Of a stretch of 64,000 nucleotides of DNA, positions 12,697-22,539 are shown in pieces; position 1 is the first letter of the stretch, and each line of letters starts with the position of its first letter. Source of the DNA: Sphaerodactylus townsendi. Its lineage: Eukaryota. A program made the position numbers and the translations under genes. The stretch lies in NCBI RefSeq assembly GCF_021028975.2, contig NC_059433.1, positions 23,002,001 through 23,066,000 of the forward strand, written 5' to 3'. The notes beneath the pieces were generated by a model. It did not search any database. It was given only the letters and a program-made list of their open reading frames with translations, and was not told where the DNA came from.

Positions 12697-13229
12697 GTGT
12701 GTACACTTTGAAATATTATTAGTTCTCTCCTGCGAGTTATGGGAGGGCAGTACTTTGGACTGTTAACCACATCTATTTGTTAAAATTTATTTAACACTCC
12801 ATAGTAATCGCTCTATAAACATTTACCATTTCAATACGACTTCCTGCAGTAAATCAAACTAACAAAAGCTCTCCCACCAAACAAAAACTTTTTACAAACA
12901 GCAGCCACAAATACTGAAGGCAAAAACATCCAGTTCAACTGTACAGGCTCAGAACGACGACTATTTTCTACACAGAGTGACCAGTTTTAAATTTTATGGT
13001 AATTTGCTGCATCTGAGGGGGTAATCATACATTAACTTTTGCACCCGTCTTTTCTCAGGTCCACCACAAAATCTTCGGATCAGATTTCCTTCCAAGTTCT
13101 GTATTTGGAACTGAAATCCCAGATAAACTGCCCCAAACAAAATTAGAACCACAGTGCACAAGAAGAAGGGCCTGCCTTAACCCCTTCCTCACAGTTTTCC
13201 TTAAATAGCCCTGTGAGTTGTTTGTCCCT

Positions 13230-13458
13230 AAGAACATAAGAACAAGCCAGCTGGATCAGACCAGAGTTCATCTAGTCCAGCTCTCTGCTACTCGCAGTGG
13301 CCCACCAGGTGCCTTTGGGAGCTCACATGCAGGAGGTGAAAGCAATGGCCTTCTGCGGCTGTTGCTCCCAATCACCTGGTCTGTGAAGGCATTTGCAATC
13401 TCAGATCAAAGAGGATCAAGATTGGTAGCCATAAATCAACTTCTCCTCCATAAATCTG
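13230..13458 (-). mobile_element. CR1 3' fragment
   Basis: Highly similar to 21128-21360. Confidence 0.88.
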
Positions 13459-14030
13459 CGGAATCTTTCATGTCCCTCTGGGGAATCTTTCATGTAGCCA
13501 TCAATACATGTAAGTTGGCCCAATGGGCATTAGCAGTTCACTGAGGCCGCCTGGGGCAAGAGAGTGATGCAGGAGCAAGGCACCCAAGCCCCTTTCCCTG
13601 TGGTCCTGATCCAAGTAAGTGCCCTGAGAGTAGATCTCTCCAAGCACGGAATTTTTAAGGCACAGCTGACTGCAAATTATTGTGGTGGGCCTGGAGAGGA
13701 CACAAATAAGAAGTAATACTCAGATCAAATGTAGTTAGGGCTTCAATGGACAGGCACTTGCAAAACAGTATTGAAGAGAAAGCCTGGTCATGCAGCAATG
13801 ACAGACAGAAAAATGGACCCATTTTCAATTCAATTGTGATTCATATCCTTCTATAAGATTTCCTTTTTTTTTCTTCATTCATCTCAGACTTCCCAGTATA
13901 TTCACACAATGATCATTTACCATAATTGTTGTCTGGAAACAATAAGACTAATCTATTACCATACCTGTAGGTCTTCATTTAACAGTTGCCTTGAAGATGC
14001 GTCCGCAGCAATAATCAACTTATGCCTAAT

Positions 14031-14185
14031 GTATTGTCGAAGGCTTTCATGGCCGGAATCACTTGGGTGCTGTGTGGTTTCCGGGCTGTATCCTCTGAAG
14101 ATGCCAGCCACAGATGCAGGCGAAACGTCAGGAGAGAATGCTGCTAGAACACGGCCATACAGCCCGGAAACCACACAGCACCCAA
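14031..14185. mobile_element. 155-bp Penelope-derived insertion with inverted halves
   Basis: 14-bp TSD AACTTATGCCTAAT (14017, 14186); homologous to the 52554 element terminus. Confidence 0.82.
14091..14133 (+). ncRNA. Minimal type I hammerhead ribozyme motif
   Basis: TCCT-CTGAAGA-(t)GCC...GGC-GAAAC-GTC-AGGA: core boxes, stem I TCCT/AGGA, stem II, GUC cleavage triplet. Confidence 0.7.
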
Positions 14186-14717
14186 AACTTATGCCTAATT
14201 GTTCATTTACATACAGGCTCTCCTTTTGCAATGGCACTGAAGGACCTGAAGAGGTCAATGGACATGGGGCAAAGGGATAGAAGCAGTCTGTGTGTTATGC
14301 TGTGTGAGGCTTTGATGGCCCACACCAATGTGGTATAGTGAGTAAGAGTCTTGGGCTAGTATCTGGAAGAGATTCAGGTTCAAACTGTGCCACGGGTCAG
14401 TCACATTTTCTCAGTCTAACCTATCTCCCAGTGTTGTTGTGAGGATAAAATGGAGGGCAGAGGAATCTTGTGAGCCACCTTGGGATCCCATTGGGGAAAG
14501 AAGCAGGACATAAATTAAATAAATAAATAAAACTTGAATTCCATTGAGAAACCAAGGGTAATTAACAACAATGCACATGAAACTGCCTCATACTTTGGAC
14601 TGTTAAGGTCAATGCATTTGCTCTGACCTGCATATTCTTTCAAGATCTCAAGTAGAACTCTTTCACATCATTTAATCGCTGATCTTTTAAACTGCAGGTG
14701 CTGGGGATAGTTTATGA

Positions 14718-15136
14718 CACTGATGGCGAACCTTTTTGAGACCGAGTGGCCAAATTGCAACCCAAAACCCACTTATTTATTGCAAAGTGCCAACCTGGCA
14801 ATTTAACCTGAATGCTGAGGTTTTAGTTTAGAAAAAACTGGTTGGCTCCCTCTTCTTCCACCCCACCTGCTTGAGCAAGGGCCAGCCTGCTGTAGCCTCC
14901 AGCAAGTCCTGTGCACACTGCTCTGTGCCTCTCTAGCATCTCTGCCTCCTCTGCCCCCCCCCCCCCAGACAGCAGCCACCCGGAGCACAGGCACCAGGCC
15001 CACCAGCCGAGTCCTCCCTGCTCACCGTGGTGCGCGGATTTTCTGCCCCCCACATGACGAACTCTGTGTGCACGTGCCCACAGAGAGGGCTCCGAGTGCC
15101 ACCTCTGGCACCCGTGCTATAGGTTCGCTATCACTG
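14718..15136 (+). mobile_element. hAT non-autonomous element
   Basis: TIR CAsTGATrGCGAACCT; near-TSD GTTTATGA/GTTTAGGA; ends shared with the 61357 element. Confidence 0.85.
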
Positions 15137-15992
15137 GTTTAGGATTTGTGTTGTGTGACCTAATCAAATGAAAATTTTGGACATTGCATTTTGAACCTGT
15201 TGTATTTTTTTTAAAAAAAATTCAAGGTCCACCTCATGTTTTATATGAGTTCAAATGGAAAATCACTAGAATCAAGCAATATTAATAGGTTCACAGACCT
15301 CATGGGGTCAGAATGCTGGCATCCGAAACTGCACTAAAAATGGTCATCCTGTTACAGGATTAATAGTGTCCTGTTTTACCAAAGCAGTCTTATTCCAATA
15401 ATGCAGATCAAACAAAGATTGTATAATGTCCTTACTTTGCATAATGCGTGCCTCACCAACTTGTGACCAACCAGTCTGCATGCAGCCCACAAGTCATATA
15501 TGACTGCATTCTAAGGACTTAATAAATTTTCTGTTTTTGCTACCTGCTTGGGACTGCAAAAATAAAGAGTAAAAATATTCATACTTGGCTAGTGACTGTG
15601 TTCAACCTTAGGAGTCACAAATTGAGCAGGACAGTCGAAAGAATTAGGTGGATTCAGCCAGCTTTCCTTGCTGGGGAAATGGAAAAGAAACATTCCCTTT
15701 GACCTCTGAAAATACTATTCTGTCAATTGGGAAACTTGAATGGACAAATTGTGTAGGTGGAGGCAGTGACAAATAGCTGGATCTAACCCAGTAATTTTAC
15801 AATAATGTACGACTGGCTACTTGATGTCCACAGTTCATACATTCCTCAGCAATCGGTAGTTTATATGCTAACATTCTTTTAGTCATTTTGACTGCGTATT
15901 TACTACATAGGTTGTTTTGTGCCCACAAATGCCCTTTTCCCATAACAGTCAATTGTTTTTTCTTTTTCTTTTCTTTTTTGGTGTGTTTGTAG

Positions 15993-16089
15993 GATGAAAT
16001 GCTGGGCACAAGGATGAGAAGTGAATGTGACCACACTCTTTACAAGGGGGACCACCTTTCTGAGCCACTGTTTGAAGATTTCTTATATG
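15993..16089 (+). CDS. CAGE1: CAGE1 exon (DEMLGTRMRSEC...LFEDFLY)
   Basis: Long T-rich acceptor; phase 0 in, phase 1 out; weak similarity to human [22 protein letters not shown]. Confidence 0.7.
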
Positions 16090-16389
16090 GTAGCTACCTT
16101 TTATGAGCCTATCCTATAAACCAAAAAGGACTTGAACTCTCATTGCTTCCTGTGTATTGGAATAATGGTTGCATATTTTATAAAAAGCGGATGGGTACAG
16201 AGGTGTCCAAGTTGACTAAGAAGCAGCCTCTCTTGAAATTGCAGCAACGTTCTGGAAGCCAACATGAAAAGATTCTATGTTTTGTGATGCCACCATGGAA
16301 ACCATTGGCAGGTTTAAATAAACAGGAGTCTTGTGACACCTTAAAAACAAACAAAATGTTATTCCAATATAAGGTTTCATGGACTAGAG

Positions 16390-16535
16390 CAGGGGTGTCC
16401 AACTCTGGCACTTCAGACGTTCATGGACTACAATTCCCATCAGCCCCTGCTGACATGGTCAATTGGCAATGCCAGCAGGGGCTGATGGGAATTGTACTCC
16501 ATGAACATCTGAAGCACTAGAGTTGGACACCCCTG
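16390..16535. mobile_element. Palindromic hAT MITE
   Basis: Same family as 5865; TSD GACTAGAG/GACTAAAG. Confidence 0.85.
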
Positions 16536-16895
16536 GACTAAAGCGTACTTCTTCAGATGCAACGAGCAGATCCTCACTATGCTCTCTTTTTATGTAAGGT
16601 GTATGAAAACAGGGACAAGGTATATGAAAACAGGGACAAGGAGCTATGACATGCAGGAAGTACAGGAATGTAATTATTAAAGATCTAATGACAAATATAG
16701 ACATCATTCATTACTTAACACCTGTCATGGGTACTATGTCCCAAATTTTACTGAGATAGTTAACATTTTGTTATGAGATAACAATTCCAACTCCTGGTTC
16801 AACACACAGTTGAGAAAAGAGAAGAATGTGAAACCACTTAGTTAATTGAGCAGTCTCCCTTTGAAGTTTGTTGCTGAAAGATGGAGACTTTCAGG

Positions 16896-17292
16896 CAGGG
16901 GTGTACCGTTGTAAAGTGGCGGCCACTCCCCCCACCCCACAGCTGCACCCATCCCACAACTGCGGCCCAGGGCCCCTCCCGTCACTTACCCAGCTGCCAC
17001 ACTGCCACAGGAGCCCACAGTGGCCCTGGGTCTTCCCCTGACGTCAGACTGTGCGCTGCCGGCATGTCCTGATTGGCGGTGGAGGAACATACAGTGATGA
17101 GCAGTAGCAGTGGTAGCAAGGTGGCCAAAGAAGCAGCTGGTGAGCAGGAGTGCAGTAGGTGGGTAAGTTGCTGCTGCTTGCTCCTGGGAAGAGGGCAGGG
17201 GAATAACCCAAGCGCCCCCCCCCCCCACATGATATGTTAGGGTGGCGCCTGGGTCGTATGACCCCTCTGGCCTCCTCCTAAATCCACTACTG
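16896..17292. mobile_element. hAT-like MITE
   Basis: CAG...CTG termini; TSD CTTTCAGG/CTTTCAGT. Confidence 0.6.
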
Positions 17293-18360
17293 CTTTCAGT
17301 TGGTTCTGGGATACTGAAATGTTCTCTCACTGTTTTCTGAATATTGTAGTTTTTAACATCAGATTTCTCTGGTTATTCTTTTTCATAGAAACTGGCCAAT
17401 TTGACCTTAGAGAAAACAGAAGGCATTATTGCCCTATGCAGTAGTATATATCATACTGGAGCATAAGCAAGCAGAGAAGCCTAAGATGGTTTAATTGATT
17501 TAACCGGGTCCTGAAACAGCATTAGCCAAATGTACAAGAGAGGGGGAAAGTTGTTATCTTGGCTGTGATTTCTGTAGAATTAGTGGCAGGCTGAAAAAGA
17601 ATGGCTTTGGCCATGAGACCTGAGCATTAGCCAATTAGTTGTTGTGAACTTGGAGATGTGGTAGGAACTGTTTTATATGGAGAAGTAGAAGATGAGGAGC
17701 TTCCTGGAAGTCACTTGAGTATGATTTCTTGTACAAGTTGACTTTCACTATTAGGGTTGGATTGAGGATTTAGAGTTGCAGATTCTGCCTTTGGTCCTAT
17801 GACTAGTGGCTTTGCCGTAGGTAGGAAATCAGTGTTCAATTCAGGCTCAACTGGAAACTTTCATCTGCCATCTCATCCATATGTTCAAAAATTGGGATCG
17901 TTTTAAAAGTGAACTGACCCAAAGAATCAAAGATGTATCACGACAGTCTGATCTGGCAAGATATTCAGATTTTCCTCTATGCTATACACAGAAATATATC
18001 ACTGCCCCTGCTCCTTACTTAACTTATCTGGATAATAAAGATCTAAGGAGAGCTTTTACTCTTGCAAGAAGTGCGCATTTACCTTCTGCTGTCTTAGAAG
18101 GGAAATATCAAAAGATACCTTGTGCTGCAAGGTTATGTTCTTGCTCTCTGAATTCTGTAGAAACTATAGAGCATATGTTATTAAAGTGTCCCCTTTATGA
18201 GGAGGCAAGGAAAAAATGCCTGTCACATCTACTACACAAAATGACATACTGTTCTGATAAAGTTTGTTGTGAAAAACTATTACAAGATAAGAAGGAGAAT
18301 ATTACTAAATGGGTAGCAAAATTCTGTCTATTGATTATGGAAAAGAAAAAATGATCTGAA

Positions 18361-18835
18361 TATTTATTTATTTATTTTATTTATTATTTGATTTAATATA
18401 CCGCCCTATCCCCGAAGGGCTCAGGGCGGTGAACAATAAAATATAAAAGCATACATATAAATTAAAACAGTTACAGTCTAAAACGATGCCCCACAAAACC
18501 CATATGCAACCCTCCCAGGAGTAAAGTAGTGGGTCCTGATGTTGGTAGGGACCCCTGTAGAGCAGGGGGGGCGGGGGCGGGGGCATCCTCAGCGGCTGGT
18601 CTCTCCGAAGGCCCGGTGGAACTCGGTCTTACAGGCCCTGCGGAACTCTCCAAGGTTCCGCAGGGCCCGGATAGCAGGTGGTAGAGTGTTCCACCAGGCA
18701 GGGGCTAGAGCCGTAAAGGCCCTGGCCCGAGTGGAGGCCAGCCGCATCATTGAGGGGCTAGGAATCTCCAGTAAATTGGCCTCTGCTGAGTGCAGAGGTC
18801 GACCTGGGACATATGGGGTAATGCAGTCCCGAAGG
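18361..18835 (-). mobile_element. L2 LINE 3' fragment forming the 3' end of the BMPR2 cassette
   Basis: ORF end RAFTALAPAWWNTLP...FRRACKT typical of L2; (TAAA)n tail at 18361-18390. Confidence 0.85.
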
Positions 18836-19580
18836 AACTCAAGGAGGCTTACAATGTAAATTAAACAACCATAAGAATACATAGAAGGTCATAATTGAAA
18901 AACAATTCAGGACTGCCGATAGAAAAGTTAGTCAAATGTTGTCCTAAATAAACTGCCAGCCATTCAGAAGGAAGGAATTTGAATCCCTAACACTGCAATT
19001 CTAAGCAGAGTTGAATGCGCTTCTAAGCCTATTGAAGTCAAGTCTGTTTTTGGTTTTTAATACTGTATTTTAATCATATTGTCAGCTATTTTGAGCATGA
19101 AGAAGAACTGGGATCTAATTTTTAAAAAATAGGTCAGCAGTACCTACTCAAAGGAAATCCTTTCCCACTGCTTGAGTGTTTTATCGTGCTTTAAACCAAA
19201 GGCCCCTAAAATAACCTTGGCAAGAAACAGTCACGATGTCTCCAGTGATACAAATAAAATTGGAAAAAAGACGATGGTGCAAATGAAGAAGAATCCTTTC
19301 TTATTCTGGTAAAAAAAAATCCTACACGTTTTGCAATAAAACTTTTCCTGGGGAAGAATCTGTTAGCCCGTACATATTTTACATCAAGAATGCAAGATCT
19401 GTCAACCTGGGCCACACCATTCAGAAAAATGGCCACTGCACCCATGGTTTGTACTGAAGGCACATTTGCAAAGTCAGCATGGCTGCAGAGAAGTGTGCAG
19501 CTGGATAGAAAGCAAAGCAACCCGGAGTCTTCTGCCAGAAGGCCTCGTGACCTTGGTTTCTCTTGATAAGTGGCGGGTCC

Positions 19581-20255
19581 TTATCGTATCTTCCTGACCT
19601 CCAAGTCAGCCGCAAAGGAATCCTCCAGCATCTTCAGATTGTCCAGGTCTAATGAGGGTTCTGATGTTGCTGCTTCCATCATGTTCATACTGTGCAGACC
19701 CTGCTTTCGGTCCCCTGCAAACATCCTGTATCCAAAGAAAAGAGCGATCACCAAAACAGCCAGTACAGATACTGATGCCAGAGCTATGGCAATTGTTTCA
19801 TCTCGGTGATATGAATGAGATGAATTGAAAGGCATCGCATTGGTGGGATCCGGTGGAAAGTTCTCTGTGAAGTTGACATTGCACAAGTCGGTGCTGCAGC
19901 AGCAGAATCGATATGTCTCATTCTGAACTAAAGATGGGGTGGTGGTTACGATGCACTCTTCCGAATGACAGTCGTGGGGGTCGCCTAAGTGAGACCAGCA
20001 TCCTTGCTTCACAAGATGTATGTCTCCTTCTCGTGTCTTCTCCCAGAGACCATAGCAGGTGCTGCCTTTCATACACAGGACGGTATCATTCTCTTGAGAA
20101 ATCCGACTTTCGTTAATTCCATGATCATTTTGATAGAAGTCCCTAGAAGCGCACGTTGTCTCTTCACTCTGAGCAGCCGCCGCAATGCCGAGCAGCAAGG
20201 TGGCACTGGCGAAGAGCAGCACCAGCAAAAGGTGCTGCTGCAACGAGGCAGTCAT
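19581..20255 (-). CDS. BMPR2: Intronless truncated BMPR2 retrocopy: signal peptide + ectodomain + TM + juxtamembrane, no kinase (224 aa; in-frame upstream ATG at 20276 adds 7 aa)
   Basis: [73 protein letters not shown] are BMPR2 motifs; four exon junctions crossed without introns; homology ends at 19623; no stop or frameshift. Confidence 0.93.
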   Translation of the reverse strand: MTASLQQHLLLVLLFASATLLLGIAAAAQSEETTCASRDFYQNDHGINESRISQENDTVLCMKGSTCYGLWEKTREGDIHLVKQGCWSHLGDPHDCHSEECIVTTTPSLVQNETYRFCCCSTDLCNVNFTENFPPDPTNAMPFNSSHSYHRDETIAIALASVSVLAVLVIALFFGYRMFAGDRKQGLHSMNMMEAATSEPSLDLDNLKMLEDSFAADLEVRKIR

Positions 20256-21054
20256 ATTTGGGAGGTGGGGGGACATCAGGGCGAGGGAGGTGTATAATAA
20301 TAATTTTTAAAAAAGTAACGATCCCGACAAGAAGAAATCTCCTGTCTCCAAAGCGTCTTTTTCTGTTTTAAAAAACCCTCTTGGTTTGCAGCAATCCAGT
20401 CTGAAAGGGCAAATGGCAGACGAGCGCGGCTGCCTGAGGTCTTACTCCATTACGCGAGTCCGTCTTCATATTTCAAAAGGCCCAGGTTTCCCAGGAAGGG
20501 GCGTGGCGGGAGGAAACACCGCCCCACCCAAATAATAAACCCCTTTGAGTCACTTCGCATTTAAAAATAACCAGGCGTCGCCTCTTTCGAGAGGAATGTC
20601 CAGCGCCCGTCGCCCCATGTTGGGTCTGGGAACGGAAAATAATGGGGAGGCACGATGCGATGCTGGGGGCGGACCCACTTCGGCCTAGACGGGGGGGAGG
20701 GGGCAGGAAAAGAAGGGGGGGAGAGCTTCTCGGAGTCCCCTGACGAAGCAGCATCCACCGGGGAGGCCCTTTTCCCTCTGCAGCCGAGCCCCTCTCGCTC
20801 CCCCACGGCTGCGAAGGGGGGAGCCTCCTCTCGCCGCCCGACCTTCCTTCACGGCGCCTCGTCGGAAGGGCGCTCCGGCTCCCCCGCCTTGTGGAGCCGC
20901 CTTCCTCGCTTCGCCCTGCGGGCAAGTGTGTGGCAAGAGAGGCGTCTGGGCGGGCGAGGAATGAAGAAGGGGGGGGGGGGTTCTCTCGCCGCCTCCCCGT
21001 CCCCGGCGCTCCCCTCCCTTTCCCCTCAGCCCAGACACAAAGGGGAGTCGCCGC
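20256..21054 (-). other. Retained GC/CpG-rich BMPR2 5' UTR of the retrocopy
   Basis: ~800 bp GC-rich, contiguous with the ORF, ending abruptly against AT-rich LINE sequence; 5' end GACTCCCCTTTGTGTCTGG resembles the recalled start of human BMPR2 mRNA. Confidence 0.8.
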
Positions 21055-21126
21055 TTATGGTATCCCCCCTTAGATATTTTTGTTTAGTTTAGTATTTTTA
21101 TGATGTTTGGTGTGTATAATGATATA

Positions 21127-21881
21127 GTAAGAACATAAGAACTAGCCTGCTGGATCAGACCAGAGTCCATCTAGTCCAGCATTCTGCTACTCGCAGTGGC
21201 CCACCAGGTGCCTTTGGGAGCTCACATGCAGGAGGTGAACGCAATGGCCTTCTGCTGCTGCTGCTGCTCCTGAGCACCTGGTCTGCTAAGGCATTAGCAA
21301 TCTGAGATCAAGGAGGATCAAGATTGGTAGCCATAGATCGACTTCTCCTCCATAAATCTGTCCAAGCCCTTTTTAAAGCTGTCCAGGTTAGTGGCCATCA
21401 CCACCTCCTGTGGCAGCATATTCCAAACACCAATCACACGTTGCGTGAAGAAATGTTTCCTTTTATTAGTCCTAATTCTTCCCCCCAGCATTTTCAATGA
21501 ATGCCCCCTGGTTCTAGTATTGTGAGAAAGAGAGAAAAATTTCTCTCTGTCAACAATTTTCTACCCCATGCATAATTTTATAGACTTCAATCATATCCCC
21601 CCTCAGACGTCTTCCTCTCCAAACTAAAGCAGTCCCAAGCGGCTGCAGCCTCTCCTCATAAGGGGAGAGGATTGCTCCAATCCCATTCAATCATCCTCGT
21701 TGCCCTTCTCTGCACTTTTTCTATCTCTTCAATATCCTTTTTGAGATGTGGCGACCAGAACTGAACACAGTACTCCAAGTGCGGTCGCACCACTGCTTTA
21801 TATAAGGGCATGACAATCCTTGCAGTTTTATTATCAACTCCTTTCCTAATTATCCCCAGCATAGAGTTTGCCTTTTTCACA
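21127..21881 (-). mobile_element. CR1 LINE, 5'-truncated
   Basis: RPHLEYCVQFWSP...EKVQRRATRMI motif; TTCTTATG tail; 13-bp TSD GTATAATGATATA at 21114 and 21882. Confidence 0.92.
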
Positions 21882-22060
21882 GTATAATGATATATAGATG
21901 GATAGTGCTGGAATACGGGAGAGAGATCTGCATTCTTGTTTTGTTGTAGATATTTTGGAGATTTGTAATATATCTGGTCATTGACTGTAAATAAAGTCTT
22001 CTTCTTCATCTGCCATCCATCTTTGATTTATTTATGAATATTCTATCTGATTACATGCAG

Positions 22061-22539
22061 ATTCTGAAGATGCTTCAGAAAAACTAATGACACCACTCAA
22101 CACTCTGAGAACTTGCCCTGTAGATAAAGATTGTTCCTATACTAGCGAGTGGAAAGACTCCAATGAAGAATTATCATCCCAAGAAGAAGCAACGCAACAG
22201 TGCAGAATACTGGATAAGCAAAAGGAAAGCTGTGGAATGGCAAAAGACCATGGTCAAGAGGCAGCCTGGGAACTCACGACTGAGGAAGCTTTACCAGGCA
22301 AGGACTTATTCTTGGATACATTGGCCATGCCTACCCAGGAAGATCCATTGGTAATCATGGGGGAATCATTACTGGACAGCATTGTGAAGGACTCCCCCAT
22401 CAAAGAAGTATCAAGTTTTCTCACTCAGCCCACCAGCTCTTTATTGAAGACAGAGGAGTCTTTTGCAGATGAAGATTTCCCTATTACATCGGAAGTTTCA
22501 AATGTGGCTGAAAAAACATCTGATCAGGATGGAAATGTG
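22061..22539 (+). CDS. CAGE1: CAGE1 exon (acidic N-terminal region)
   Basis: In frame with ORF 22087-22662; CAG acceptor phase 1; GTG|GTAAGC donor. Confidence 0.8.

Larger units (their letters stand above)
17873..22004 (+). mobile_element. 5'-truncated RTE-X-like LINE (pieces 17873-18360, 21055-21126, 21895-22004) split by nested insertions
   Basis: ORF 17881-18354 with LINE C-terminal RLCSC...ETIEHMLLKC motif; 3' end AATAAAG(TCT)n; 13-bp direct repeat TTCATCTGCCATC at 17860-17872 and 22005-22017; family name tentative. Confidence 0.75.

Noticed and set aside
17881-18354. 157-aa ORF as a host gene
   Set aside because: LINE ORF C-terminus with zinc-knuckle-like motif, inside a TSD-flanked element
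19581-20276. Calling this the true BMPR2 locus
   Set aside because: No introns, no kinase exons, wrong synteny, embedded in a LINE
20473-21092. GC-rich ORFs of 60-150 aa on both strands
   Set aside because: By-products of the GC-rich BMPR2 5' UTR; low complexity, no recognisable homology
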